Shown in pieces: positions 35,443-45,198 of a stretch of DNA of 64,000 bases. The stretch comes from an uncultured Omnitrophica bacterium (GTDB lineage: Bacteria > Omnitrophota > Gorgyraeia > JACQQV01), in the NCBI GenBank assembly GCA_947085655.1, contig CAMTXH010000022.1, positions 2,556 to 66,555 on the forward strand, written 5' to 3'. The number at the start of each line of letters is the position of its first letter. The stretch's first letter is position 1. Under the pieces are notes generated by a model that was given only the letters and a program-made list of their open reading frames with translations, was not told the origin of the DNA and ran no database searches. The position numbers and the translations under genes were made by a program.

Positions 35443-36608
35443 GAGGTTCTCCTTAATCGTGTGAGGGTTCCTTTTTTGAATGGTTCAAAGTTCTTTTTCC
35501 GAATCGCTTCCCGAGAGGCCTTCATGAGACCGAGGTAAAACCAGATATTGTGAAGTGTCGCAAGCCGCACCCCCAGAATCTCCTTTGACTTCAACAGATG
35601 ATGGAGATAGGCCCGGCTATACCCCCGGCAGGCGGGACAGGGGCATTCGCGCTCGATCGGCTCCGGGTCTTTCGCATAGGCAGCGTTCCGGAGATTCCGG
35701 ATCCCCTCCCCCGTAAAGACCTGGGCATTCCGTCCGTGCCGCGTCGGAAGAACGCAATCAAAAAAATCGATCCCAAGGGAAATTCCTTCCAAAAGGTCTT
35801 CCGGCGTCCCGACCCCCATCAAATAGCGGGGGCGGTCTTTGGGAAGCTGTCCGGTTGAAAGGGCGCACTGCTCCCACAAAAGGGGCGCCGGTTCTCCAAC
35901 GCCGAGTCCGCCGATGGCATAGCCGTCAAAGCCGATCTCCAGAAGCCGCTCACCGCATTGCCGACGGAGATTCGAGTCTGTTCCGCCCTGGACAATCCCG
36001 AAAAGAAACCGTCCCTGGGTCTTTCCCGCCTGAAAGGCCTCTTTGGAGCGACGGGCCCACCCGAGCGTCCGTTCCATGGCTTTGGCCGACGCCTCAAGGA
36101 GACTGGGATAACCGACGCATTCATCCAACACCATGACGATGTCGCTTCCCAAAAGGAGCTGGAATTGAACGATCCGCTCCGGTGTCAAAAACTGTTTGGA
36201 ACCGTCGATGTGGGATTGAAAGGAAAGCCCTTCATCGGTCACCCGCCGCAGTGGTGAAAGACTGAAGACCTGAAACCCACCGCTATCGGTCAGGATGGCC
36301 CCCTTCCAACGCATGAAGGAGTGCAGGGAGCCGGTCGCTTCAAAGACCTCCTCCCCCGGCCGAAGATAAAGATGATACGCATTGGAGAGAATAATTTGTG
36401 CCCCCGCCTCTTCCAATTCTTCGCTCGAAAGGGCCTTCACGGTCCCTTGAGTCCCGCACGGCATGAAGCAGGGGGTCTCCACCTCTCCGTGAGCCGTCCG
36501 GAGAAGACCGGCCCTCGCTTGGGAGGCCGGATCTTCCCCCAAAATCACAAACGCCCCTTCCGTTTTTTCCTTTTTGGTTTCCTCTCTCGAACCGATAATC
36601 TGTGTCAT
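35439..36608 (-). CDS. tgt: Queuine tRNA-ribosyltransferase
   Basis: TPCFMPCGTQGTVK...LYLMGVG...CPCPACRGYSRAYLHHL (Zn site). Confidence 0.9.
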   Translation of the reverse strand: MTQIIGSREETKKEKTEGAFVILGEDPASQARAGLLRTAHGEVETPCFMPCGTQGTVKALSSEELEEAGAQIILSNAYHLYLRPGEEVFEATGSLHSFMRWKGAILTDSGGFQVFSLSPLRRVTDEGLSFQSHIDGSKQFLTPERIVQFQLLLGSDIVMVLDECVGYPSLLEASAKAMERTLGWARRSKEAFQAGKTQGRFLFGIVQGGTDSNLRRQCGERLLEIGFDGYAIGGLGVGEPAPLLWEQCALSTGQLPKDRPRYLMGVGTPEDLLEGISLGIDFFDCVLPTRHGRNAQVFTGEGIRNLRNAAYAKDPEPIERECPCPACRGYSRAYLHHLLKSKEILGVRLATLHNIWFYLGLMKASREAIRKKNFEPFKKGTLTRLRRTS

Positions 36609-37621
36609 AGAATCAGCATCGCATCCCCGTAACTGTAGAACCGGTACCCTTTGCGGATCGCTTCTTCATAGGCCTGACGGATGAGCGGAAGCCCGGCGAA
36701 TGCCGCAACCAGCATCAAAAGGGACGATTTGGGAAGATGGAAATTGGTGAGAAGCGCATCCACTCCTTGAAACCGGTAAGGAGGGTAAATGAAAAGGTCG
36801 GTCCGTCCTTTCATCGGCCGGAAGGAGCCGCCATTCCCCAAAACAGTTTCAAGAACGCGGCAGGGGGTGGTGCCGACCGCCACAATCTCCCCTCCGTTTT
36901 CCCGGACCCGGTTTAACAAAGCAGCGCTTTTTGGAGAGATCTCAAAATACTCTTCATGGAGACGGTGTGTTTCAATCTGCTCCTTGCGGACCGGTTCAAA
37001 CGTCCCGTAGCCGACATGAAGGGTTGTCGGACAGAGAGTCACTCCCTTTTGCTCGATTTTCCGGAGGAGTCCCTTTGTGAAATGGAGACCGGCTGTGGGC
37101 GCCGCCGCCGCCCCTTCGGCTCTGGCATAAACCGTTTGATACCGGGAAAGATCGAGCCGGCCGGGAAGACGCCGGATGTAAGGAGGTAGAGGAACGGCTC
37201 CCCTTTTCTTCATCCACGTTTCAATCCCCTCTTTTTGAAAACGGATCCGCTTGACCGTGCCGTTTCCGCCGGTGAGAAAGGCGGTCCATCTTCCGAAAAA
37301 AAGAGGCGTCCCGATCCGGAGCCGCGACCCGGGGGAAAGAAGGGCCTCATATTCCCGGGGGGCGACGCGGCGCAAAAGGAGCGCCTCCATTTTTCCGCCG
37401 GTCGCTTTCCGTCCGAAAAGGCGCGCCCGCCTGACCCGTGTGTCGTTCAAAACGAGCGCATCCCCGGACCGAAGATAATCTAAGAGATCCCGGAAGGACC
37501 GGTGTTCCATTCTTTTTTGTTTCCGGTGGAGAACAAGAAGACGTGTGCCATCCCGCTTCTTAAGGGGGAATTGTGCGATTCGGTTTTGGGGAAGGATATA
37601 ATCAAAGTCAGATAGTTTCAT
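36605..37621 (-). CDS. queA: S-adenosylmethionine:tRNA ribosyltransferase-isomerase
   Basis: MKLSDFDYILPQNRIAQFPLKKRDGTRLLVL is the QueA N-terminal signature. Confidence 0.9.
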   Translation of the reverse strand: MKLSDFDYILPQNRIAQFPLKKRDGTRLLVLHRKQKRMEHRSFRDLLDYLRSGDALVLNDTRVRRARLFGRKATGGKMEALLLRRVAPREYEALLSPGSRLRIGTPLFFGRWTAFLTGGNGTVKRIRFQKEGIETWMKKRGAVPLPPYIRRLPGRLDLSRYQTVYARAEGAAAAPTAGLHFTKGLLRKIEQKGVTLCPTTLHVGYGTFEPVRKEQIETHRLHEEYFEISPKSAALLNRVRENGGEIVAVGTTPCRVLETVLGNGGSFRPMKGRTDLFIYPPYRFQGVDALLTNFHLPKSSLLMLVAAFAGLPLIRQAYEEAIRKGYRFYSYGDAMLIL

Positions 37622-37756
37622 CTTTTTCTTGGGACGTTTTCGAAAGTGTCCCGTGAATCAATTGTCACGCTAGGGACACTTTCAGATAGTTTCATCTTTT
37701 TCTTGGGACGTTTTCGAAAGTGTCCCGTGAATCAATTGTCACGCTAGGGACACTTT
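37609..37756. repeat. 74-bp perfect tandem duplication (2 copies) spanning the queA start codon and upstream region, each copy carrying a 22-bp imperfect palindrome GGGACGTTTTCGAAAGTGTCCC
   Basis: Copy 1 is 37609-37682 and copy 2 is 37683-37756, identical by eye. The palindromic motif sits at 37631-37652 and 37705-37726. An inverted, near-identical copy GGGACACTTTCTGAAAACGTCCC lies at 37747-37769. Confidence 0.85.
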
Positions 37757-37784
37757 CTGAAAACGTCCCTATTATACACGATGT

Positions 37785-38969
37785 TTACCGTTCGTTCCAC
37801 GGAATATTGGGGAGTTCTCGGATTTCGCTCCCGGGATAATAAAAAGAGAGGATTTTCTCAGCCGAAAATCCGAGGTGAGCCATCCCTAAAGCCCCCCACT
37901 GACAAAGCCCGACGCCGTGTCCCCACCCGTTTCCCTTCAGATGAACCCGCTCCCCTTCGACAGACGCGTCAAATTTGAGACTCCGGAGATCCACCGGACC
38001 GACGGCCAACCGGAAATGCGGCCCCGGAATGGCTGTTTTTCCTTTGTCATGCATGATGACAATCTGTTTTACCCTTCCGGAAAGGGTCCTTCCTTCCGTT
38101 TCAAATTTCTGGATGTTTCCGACCGGGATGCCAGAGCGACGGAGCCGAAAGGCAATGTCCTCCAGTGAAAAAGAACGCTCCCACCGATAAAAAGGGGAAA
38201 GGGTGCAGTAGGAACAGACAACCCCCTGAAGCGGAAAAAACCGCTCTTTCCAGAGAGTCGCCTCCTTCGCATCCTCCGTATGGCCGGCGCAGGTTGAGTG
38301 ATAAAAGGTCGGGAAAAGGGTTCCCTGATACGTCAATACCTGTCCCCGGGTCCGGTCTACCGCCAAGCGGGCCCGGCGTCTTTCTTTTTCACTTCCGCCG
38401 TAATGTTGGGAAAGAACCGAAGATTCCACGTCGTACTCCTTCTCCCGATTCTGCGTCTTTTTAAAGATGGCGTAGCTCCGGGCAAGGATCGCCTGAACTT
38501 CCAGCATCTCCTGCGGCCATTCGTGAGGAACTTCGTGGGGGAGAACACCGTACAGATACTTTTCAATCGAAAGTTGATTGACGACGAGAAATCCGCTTTC
38601 TTTCCGGATGATATCGAGGGTGCCGCGGAAATGATTTCCGTCCAGGGAGAGAGAGGCCTCCTGTTTCGAGATCACCCGAATGGCATCTGTTTTGATTAAC
38701 TCCTTTCCCATCCGGATCCCGTCCGGCTCTGCGGTCAGGACCGTTCCGAGATCACTTCCGTTTTGGAGAAATTCGTAGGGAAAGAGTTGATGAATCTCGT
38801 AAGGTCCTTCCGCTTTCACCCGGAGTTCTTTCTGATCCTTCGCGACCGCCACCCGTAAGAAACGGCTTGCGACCGGCGCCGGAGACTTCCCCATGGAAAG
38901 GGCGGACCCGTTCCCGATCAGTGAGGAAATCAGAAAGAAAAAGAGAAGTTTTTGAAGAAACCTCATTTT
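37785..38969 (-). CDS. SpoIID/LytB domain protein (amidase enhancer-like)
   Basis: C-terminal GNGWGHGVGLCQWGALGMA is the SpoIID/LytB signature. The likely start is MRFLQKLLFFFLISSL (signal peptide); the ORF track extends 17 codons further. Confidence 0.75.
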   Translation of the reverse strand, partial: KMRFLQKLLFFFLISSLIGNGSALSMGKSPAPVASRFLRVAVAKDQKELRVKAEGPYEIHQLFPYEFLQNGSDLGTVLTAEPDGIRMGKELIKTDAIRVISKQEASLSLDGNHFRGTLDIIRKESGFLVVNQLSIEKYLYGVLPHEVPHEWPQEMLEVQAILARSYAIFKKTQNREKEYDVESSVLSQHYGGSEKERRRARLAVDRTRGQVLTYQGTLFPTFYHSTCAGHTEDAKEATLWKERFFPLQGVVCSYCTLSPFYRWERSFSLEDIAFRLRRSGIPVGNIQKFETEGRTLSGRVKQIVIMHDKGKTAIPGPHFRLAVGPVDLRSLKFDASVEGERVHLKGNGWGHGVGLCQWGALGMAHLGFSAEKILSFYYPGSEIRELPNIPWNER

Positions 38970-39178
38970 CTCCCGAAAAGGGAAAAAAGGAGGGAAAAAA
39001 GAAGACTGACAAGGAGGCAAGTGGCAAGTGGAAAGTAAAACTGGACGTTTTTTTTCTCAATCACAATGTCGCCCGGCAGGTGTCCGAACCAGGGGATCTT
39101 ACTTCCCAGAAGAAGGACGCCTCCGATCAGAAGGAGCGCCCCGCCCAACATCAAAAAAAGCCGTCCCAGTTCCGTCAT
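38963..39178 (-). CDS. Small membrane protein (DUF2905-like)
   Basis: 71 aa with two TM segments and the motif IPWFGHLPGDI. Confidence 0.5.
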   Translation of the reverse strand: MTELGRLFLMLGGALLLIGGVLLLGSKIPWFGHLPGDIVIEKKNVQFYFPLATCLLVSLLFSLLFSLFGRK

Positions 39179-39183
39179 CCGCG

Positions 39184-40224
39184 TTACGTCTCCTGAAAAA
39201 GTTCCCGCTGCCTGGGCTTGGGGGCCGTCTTTTGAAAATGCTCGTACGCCCGGCGCGTCGCCTCCCTTCCGCGGGGAGTTCTTTTCAGAAAACCGCTTTT
39301 CAAAAGGAACGGCTCCACCACATCCACGAGGGTATCCGTTTCTTCATTTAAGGTGGCGGAGAGCGATTCGATGCCGACCGGTCCCCCGCCGTAAAAATCG
39401 ATGATCGCCCGAAGGACCCGACGGTCCATATCATCCAGTCCCGCTTCATCCACCCCAAGAGCCGAAAGGGCTTTTGCCACCACGGCCTGGGTGATTTTCC
39501 CCCCTTCCTTCACCTCTGCGTAATCTCGGACGCGCCGAAGAAGCCGGTTCGCGACGCGGGGAGTGCCCCTGGAGCGGCGGGCGATCTCCGAAGTCCCCTC
39601 TTCATCGATGGAGACATTCAAAATCTGGCTCGACCGTTTGATGATTTTGGCGATCTCCCCCGCTTCGTAAAAATTCAGATGGTAAAGAATCCCGAACCGT
39701 TCCCGGAGCGCCCCACTCAACAGACCCGACCGGGTAGTCGCCCCGATCAAGGTGAACCGTTTGAGATGAAACTTGATGGTCTTGGCATAGGGTCCTTTGT
39801 CGATGATAAAATCGATTTGGAAATCTTCCATCGCCGGGTAAAGAAATTCCTCCACCACCTTCGGCAGACGGTGAACCTCATCGATGAAAAAAATATCCCC
39901 GGGGGCAAGATTCGTGAGGATCCCGATGAGGTCACCCGGCCGGCTCAAGGCGGGACCGGAAGTCGCCGTAATCCGGTTTCCGGTGTGGTGGGCAATGATA
40001 TGGGCAAGACTCGTTTTTCCGAGTCCGGGAGGGCCTGAAAAGAGAAGGTGTTCCAGCGGCTCTTTCCGCTTCCGGGCCGCCTCCAGCGAAACTTTGAGGT
40101 TTTCCACCACTTCCTTCTGCCCCACAAATTCATCGATCCGGTTCGGCCGGAGCGAAAGATTCAGGATCCGATCCTCGTCCGCATCCTCTCCGGAAAGAAG
40201 CGGTTTTCTCTCGGGATTCGTCAT
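39184..40224 (-). CDS. ruvB: Holliday junction branch migration helicase RuvB
   Basis: [19 protein letters not shown], the AAA+ RuvB pattern. Confidence 0.95.
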   Translation of the reverse strand: MTNPERKPLLSGEDADEDRILNLSLRPNRIDEFVGQKEVVENLKVSLEAARKRKEPLEHLLFSGPPGLGKTSLAHIIAHHTGNRITATSGPALSRPGDLIGILTNLAPGDIFFIDEVHRLPKVVEEFLYPAMEDFQIDFIIDKGPYAKTIKFHLKRFTLIGATTRSGLLSGALRERFGILYHLNFYEAGEIAKIIKRSSQILNVSIDEEGTSEIARRSRGTPRVANRLLRRVRDYAEVKEGGKITQAVVAKALSALGVDEAGLDDMDRRVLRAIIDFYGGGPVGIESLSATLNEETDTLVDVVEPFLLKSGFLKRTPRGREATRRAYEHFQKTAPKPRQRELFQET

Positions 40225-40862
40225 TTCCTCACCAATGTCCGCTGGCGGTAGACTTCATTCAGCAGTTCCTCCGCATTTTTGGGATTCGGGAGTTTTCCGA
40301 GTGCTTCCTGAATCATCGCCTGCGCCTCCTGGCGTTTGTATTGGAGTTGCAAAAGCACTTCCAGCGCCTCCGCCGGAATGTCTCCTGCCGGAGACTTTTC
40401 AGGCAAAGGGGCCAGATGCTGATCCTGAACCAGCCCGAATTTGCCGACTTTCCCCTGAAGCTTGGCGATGATTTCTCTGGCGCGCTGGCTTCCGATGCCG
40501 GGAAGCGATTCCAAAAGCGACTGATCCCCTTCATCAATCGCCCTGGCAATCACGGAGATGGGGAGCGAAAGGGCCCGGCAGGCGGCCCGGGGGCCGACGC
40601 CGGAGACCGTAATGAATTTCTCAAAGAATTCCCGCTCAATTTCATTCAGAAATCCGATCAATACCGGAATGGCCCGGGAAGGGTCCATCTGGTGGTAATA
40701 AAACGTGACGAGACGGAGGGTGCTTCCTTCTTGGATCTGGTCCTGTTCGATGGACCGCATCACCGCTTTCGGGACAATCACCTCATACATCACCCCCTGA
40801 ACTTCCACCCAGACCCGGTCCTCCTTTTTTTTCCGGAGGGTCCCCGAAAGATGGACAATCAT
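40221..40862 (-). CDS. ruvA: Holliday junction DNA helicase RuvA
   Basis: MIVHLSGTL...[12 protein letters not shown]...[13 protein letters not shown] (HhH motifs). Confidence 0.9.
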   Translation of the reverse strand: MIVHLSGTLRKKKEDRVWVEVQGVMYEVIVPKAVMRSIEQDQIQEGSTLRLVTFYYHQMDPSRAIPVLIGFLNEIEREFFEKFITVSGVGPRAACRALSLPISVIARAIDEGDQSLLESLPGIGSQRAREIIAKLQGKVGKFGLVQDQHLAPLPEKSPAGDIPAEALEVLLQLQYKRQEAQAMIQEALGKLPNPKNAEELLNEVYRQRTLVRK

Positions 40863-41344
40863 CGAACATTCCCTTTCAGATAGATGTAACTCATGGCAAG
40901 GGCGAGGGCATCAAAGACATCCGTTTTTTGGGACGTTTCCTTGAGACGGAGGAGGGATTGAACCATTCCCTGCATCTGGGTTTTGGTGGCGTTTCCGTTT
41001 CCGGTGATCGCCTGTTTCACCCGTTTCGCCGGAAAGTGAACCACCGGCAGCTTCTCTTCCGAACAGACCGAGAGAAGAACGCCCCTTGCATGACCCATCA
41101 GGATGGCTGTGCGGGGATGCCGGGCATGGGCATAGAGTTCTTCCAGAATGACCACCTCCGGCCGGCAATGGTCAATCACTTCCTTGAGTCCGCGTCGGAG
41201 CGTGTTGAGTCTTTCTTCCAGAGGGTCTTGTCGGCGGGTGGAAAGGATGCCCCCTTCAATCAGTCGGAAGGAACGCCCTTCTGCGGTAATCGCCCCATAT
41301 CCGGTAGTGCCAAGTCCCGGATCCACTCCCAGAATCCGCATCAA
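40859..41344 (-). CDS. ruvC: Crossover junction endodeoxyribonuclease RuvC
   Basis: ILGVDPGLGTTGYGAI...VILEELY (catalytic D/E). Confidence 0.9.
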   Translation of the reverse strand: MMRILGVDPGLGTTGYGAITAEGRSFRLIEGGILSTRRQDPLEERLNTLRRGLKEVIDHCRPEVVILEELYAHARHPRTAILMGHARGVLLSVCSEEKLPVVHFPAKRVKQAITGNGNATKTQMQGMVQSLLRLKETSQKTDVFDALALAMSYIYLKGNVR

Positions 41345-41362
41345 CTCGCTCTTTTTTTCAAG

Positions 41363-42112
41363 CTAAGTCCCGGCTTCATTGAGAATCGTGTCCGGAATGT
41401 CAAAATTGGCGTACACATGCTGTACATCGTCGTGGTCTTCCAGACCTTCGACCAACTGAAGGAGCTGTTTGGCCGTTTCTCCTTCCACCTTCACGACGGA
41501 ACTCGGAAGTTTCGTAATCTCTGCACTCTGAAGTTTTAATTTGCGGCTTTCCAATACCTTCTTAAGTGACTCAAAAAAATGGGGGTCGCAGGTGACTTCG
41601 TACGCATTCTCGTCCGTCTTCAGATCCTCCGCGCCGTTTTCCAGGACGAGACCCATGAGCGTTTCTTCATCCACCGCGTCCCGGTCAATCAAAAAATACC
41701 CCTTCGTCTTGAAGATCCAGCCGACCGAGCCGCTGCCCCCTAAATTTCCGTTTTTCTTTGAAAAAAGATTCCGAATTTCTGCGGAGGTCCTGTTTTTATT
41801 ATCCGTCAGCACCTCTACCAGAATCGCCACGCCCCCCGGTCCGTATCCCTCGTACATGACCTCTTCGTAGGTGACGCCGGGGAGTTCGCCGGTTCCCTTC
41901 TTCACCGCCCGGTCCACATTGTCGCTCGGCATATTCGCCTGGCGGGCGCGGTCCAGGGCAAGCCGGAGTTTGGGGTTGGTCTCCACACTCCCGCCTCCCT
42001 CCCGTGCCGCAACCGTAATTTCCCGGATCAGCTTGGTGAAAAGTTTCCCCTTTTTGGCGTCCTGGGCCGCCTTCCGGTGCTTGGTGGTCGCCCATTTTGA
42101 ATGACCCGACAT
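41363..42112 (-). CDS. YebC/PmpR family DNA-binding transcriptional regulator
   Basis: MSGHSKWATTKHRKAAQDAKKGKLFTKL, the classic YebC N-terminus, in the conserved position upstream of ruvC. Confidence 0.9.
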   Translation of the reverse strand: MSGHSKWATTKHRKAAQDAKKGKLFTKLIREITVAAREGGGSVETNPKLRLALDRARQANMPSDNVDRAVKKGTGELPGVTYEEVMYEGYGPGGVAILVEVLTDNKNRTSAEIRNLFSKKNGNLGGSGSVGWIFKTKGYFLIDRDAVDEETLMGLVLENGAEDLKTDENAYEVTCDPHFFESLKKVLESRKLKLQSAEITKLPSSVVKVEGETAKQLLQLVEGLEDHDDVQHVYANFDIPDTILNEAGT

Positions 42113-42114
42113 CG

Positions 42115-44136
42115 TTATTTCTCCTCTACCGCCACCAGCTTCGCCTTCTGAATCACTTCCTGGCTCAACTTGTGCGGCACAATCTCATAATGAGAAAATT
42201 TCATGGTGTACGAACCCCGTCCGCCGGTCAGACTTTTCAAATCCGGCGCGTATTTCAGCATCTCCGCTAAGGGAACCTGGGCATGGAGCATTTCGCTTTT
42301 TCCCTTTGAATCCATGCCGATCACCTTTCCCCGCCGCGAGTTCAGATCCCCTGTGATCGCCCCCATGCAATCATTCGGGATTGTTACCTCCACATCCATG
42401 ATCGGCTCAAGAAGAACCGGTCCCGCTTCCGACACCGCCTTCTTCAAGGCCATGGAGCCGGCAATCTGAAACGCCAAGTCCGACGAATCCACCGGGTGGA
42501 AGGAGCCGTCGTCCAACGTCACCCTGACATCCACCAACGGGTAACCGGCCAACACTCCCTCGGTCATCGCCTGCCGGACCCCCTTTTCCACGGAAGGGAT
42601 ATAGTTCCGGGGAATCGATCCTCCAACGATTTGATCCACAAATTCAAAGTCGCCTCCGCGCGGGAGCGGTTCCACCTGAATCCAACAGTCGCCATACTGT
42701 CCGTGTCCACCGGTCTGCTTTTTGTATTTTCCCTGAACCCGGGCGGTCCGGCTGATGGTTTCCTTGTAGGCCACTTTCGGGGTGCCGACTTCCACCTCCA
42801 CCCCGAATCGGCTCTTCAGCCGTCCGATCATCACCTTGAGATGGAGATCCCCCATGCCGGAGACCAGGAGTTCTTTGGTCTGGGCGTCCCGGCCGACCTG
42901 AAACGTTTTATCCTCCGCCGCGAGTTTGCCGAGGGCATCCGAAATTTTGTCCTCGTCGGAACGGCTTTTCGGCTTCAGTGAGACAGAGATGGCCGGGTCC
43001 GGAAACGGAATTTCATCAAACAAAATTGGATGTTTCTCGTCGGCGAGGGAATCGCCCGTATGCGTCTCCTTGAGTTTCGCCACTCCCACAATGTCACCGA
43101 CAACCGCCTCATTTTGGGAAACAGCATCTTTCCCTTGAAGCAGGTAGATTTTCCCGATCCGTTCCTTCGTCTGGCGCGTGACATTGTAAAAGCCGGTGTC
43201 GGGACGGAGACTTCCCGAAAAAACCCGGAAGACCGAGAGCTGCCCCAGATAGGGATCCGCGATGGTCTTGAAAACCTGGGCGCTGAACGGTTCATTCGGA
43301 TCCGGTTTTCGGACGACCTCTTCTCCGGAAACCGGATCTTTCCCTCGAACCTCCCTGATATCCGAGGGCGAGGGAAGATACGCGACCATCACCTGAAGAA
43401 GAGACTTCACAGAGTCGCCAGCGGTGGAGGTGCCACAAAGGATCGGATAGACACCTCCTGAAAAGACGCCCTTTCGGACTCCTTTCTGGATTTCCGCCAT
43501 TTCAAGCGTCCCCTGATCAAGATATTTCTCTAAGAGAGCATCATCCTGCTCGGCGATTCCTTCCATCAGTTTCTCCCGCACCGCCTTGACCGCATCCGGA
43601 AGGGAATTTTCCTCGAGGAGAGGATAGACCCCTTTGAACGAGGGGCCTTCGCCATTTGGATATTGGACCGGAACGCAGTGACTTCCAAAGGCCTCTTGGA
43701 TCGCCTCGAAGACCTTGTTGAAACTGGCGTTTTCCCTGTCCATCTTATTGATGAAAAATAGCGTCGGGATCTTTCGGGAGGTGATCAGGTCCCAGGCCCT
43801 TTCCGTCCCTACCTCAAGGCCGGCCGCCGCATCCAAAACGAGGATCGCCCCATCTGCCGCATAGAGGGCGGAAAGGGTCTCGCTGAAGAAATCGGTGTAA
43901 CCGGGGGTATCGATCAAATGAAGCTGGCACCCCTCCCAGGAACAATGGAGGAGACTGGTATTGATGGAGATTTTTCGCTCCATCTCGTCCGGATGGTAAT
44001 CGCTGACAGTATTCCCCGCCGGAACCGACCCGAGCTTCTGGATCGTCCCCGCCTGGAAAAGACAGGCCTCGGCCACCGAGGTCTTCCCTGCTCCGGAATG
44101 GCCGAGGAGGATAACATTCCGAATCGCTTTGGTCAT
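42115..44136 (-). CDS. Elongation factor G family GTPase (EF-G paralog)
   Basis: G1 GHSGAGKTS, G3 DTPGYTDF and the five-domain EF-G architecture (673 aa). It is not in an rpsL-rpsG-fusA-tuf context, so it is probably a second copy. Confidence 0.8.
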   Translation of the reverse strand: MTKAIRNVILLGHSGAGKTSVAEACLFQAGTIQKLGSVPAGNTVSDYHPDEMERKISINTSLLHCSWEGCQLHLIDTPGYTDFFSETLSALYAADGAILVLDAAAGLEVGTERAWDLITSRKIPTLFFINKMDRENASFNKVFEAIQEAFGSHCVPVQYPNGEGPSFKGVYPLLEENSLPDAVKAVREKLMEGIAEQDDALLEKYLDQGTLEMAEIQKGVRKGVFSGGVYPILCGTSTAGDSVKSLLQVMVAYLPSPSDIREVRGKDPVSGEEVVRKPDPNEPFSAQVFKTIADPYLGQLSVFRVFSGSLRPDTGFYNVTRQTKERIGKIYLLQGKDAVSQNEAVVGDIVGVAKLKETHTGDSLADEKHPILFDEIPFPDPAISVSLKPKSRSDEDKISDALGKLAAEDKTFQVGRDAQTKELLVSGMGDLHLKVMIGRLKSRFGVEVEVGTPKVAYKETISRTARVQGKYKKQTGGHGQYGDCWIQVEPLPRGGDFEFVDQIVGGSIPRNYIPSVEKGVRQAMTEGVLAGYPLVDVRVTLDDGSFHPVDSSDLAFQIAGSMALKKAVSEAGPVLLEPIMDVEVTIPNDCMGAITGDLNSRRGKVIGMDSKGKSEMLHAQVPLAEMLKYAPDLKSLTGGRGSYTMKFSHYEIVPHKLSQEVIQKAKLVAVEEK

Positions 44137-44198
44137 AAGCCGATAGCCCTCTAGGACGTTACTATTACTATAAATGAAAGGAGGCGGGCTGTCAATGG

Positions 44199-44657
44199 CT
44201 AGCCGAGGAGGCGAAGGAGCTGAAGGCAGAGATTGGCATAAACCCCGGCCCCGACATCGTCCAGAAAGATGCCCCAGGCCCCCGGGAGCCGCTCCAGACG
44301 CTCCAAGGGGGGCACTTTGACCGAATCAAAAAAACGAAAGAGCGCGAATCCGATCACGAGGTACGGAATCCGGGGAGGGATCCAAAAAAGGGTGATCAGC
44401 ATCCCGAGAAACTCATCCATCACGATCCAGGTGGGGTCTTTCTCCGTTGTGGTCCGGAGGGCCTGGTGGGCTGACCAGCCGCCGAGCCCGCCGAAAAGAA
44501 GGAGCCCGACAAGATACCAGGAGGGTTTTTGGAGAAAAAAAAGATACAAAAAGACGGTGACGGCACTCGCAATCGTCCCGGGGAGAATCGGAGAGTAACC
44601 GATCCCGAAACCGCTGGCAAATAACCTACCCAGACGGCTGCTTTGAAGCTGTCCCAT
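44199..44657 (-). CDS. pgpA: Phosphatidylglycerophosphatase A
   Basis: GFGIGYSPILPGTIASAVTV...WIVMDEF is the PgpA family pattern. The start is uncertain. Confidence 0.7.
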   Translation of the reverse strand: MGQLQSSRLGRLFASGFGIGYSPILPGTIASAVTVFLYLFFLQKPSWYLVGLLLFGGLGGWSAHQALRTTTEKDPTWIVMDEFLGMLITLFWIPPRIPYLVIGFALFRFFDSVKVPPLERLERLPGAWGIFLDDVGAGVYANLCLQLLRLLG

Positions 44658-45198
44658 ACCAAAGATCCCTGTTTCGAACAAGATATCGGATTCCAGACCC
44701 CACGGTGACAAGGGCGGTAGTCAACATCACCCAGAAAACCGACGCCTCAAAAAAGGAATGGACTCCTCTTTCCTGAATCAGAAGGACGGACAAAATCCAT
44801 AGAACCGCCGTCATCTGGGTCGCTGTCTTATGTTTCCCCCGCCTCTCCGCTCCCAATACCTTCCCCTTGGAAAAAGCCAAAAGCCGGATGCCGGTAATCA
44901 AGAATTCCCGCACAACGATCAGAATGACCATCCAGGCAGGAACAAGATCCAGTTCCACGAACGCCAAAAAAGCGGAAAGAATGAGGATCTTATCCGCAAT
45001 CGGGTCCATCAGACGGCCGAAATCGGTGACCTCATTCCGACGGCGGGCAATCCGGCCGTCATAAAAATCGGTGAGGGAGGCGACCAAAAAAGTAAAAAGC
45101 GCAAGAAAGCGGTATCCGAAATCCCCCTTGAAAAGGAAGAACATGAAAAGAAAGGTGAGTGCGATTCTGGAGAGGGTCAGGACATTGGCAGAGGTCAC
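44626..45198 (-). CDS. pgsA: CDP-diacylglycerol--glycerol-3-phosphate 3-phosphatidyltransferase
   Basis: NVLTLSRIALTF...DFYDGRIARRRN (CDP-OH P-transferase D-x2-DG-x2-AR motif). The likely GTG start at 45198 overlaps the rimO stop (GTGA). Confidence 0.8.
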   Translation of the reverse strand: MTSANVLTLSRIALTFLFMFFLFKGDFGYRFLALFTFLVASLTDFYDGRIARRRNEVTDFGRLMDPIADKILILSAFLAFVELDLVPAWMVILIVVREFLITGIRLLAFSKGKVLGAERRGKHKTATQMTAVLWILSVLLIQERGVHSFFEASVFWVMLTTALVTVGSGIRYLVRNRDLWYGTASKQPSG

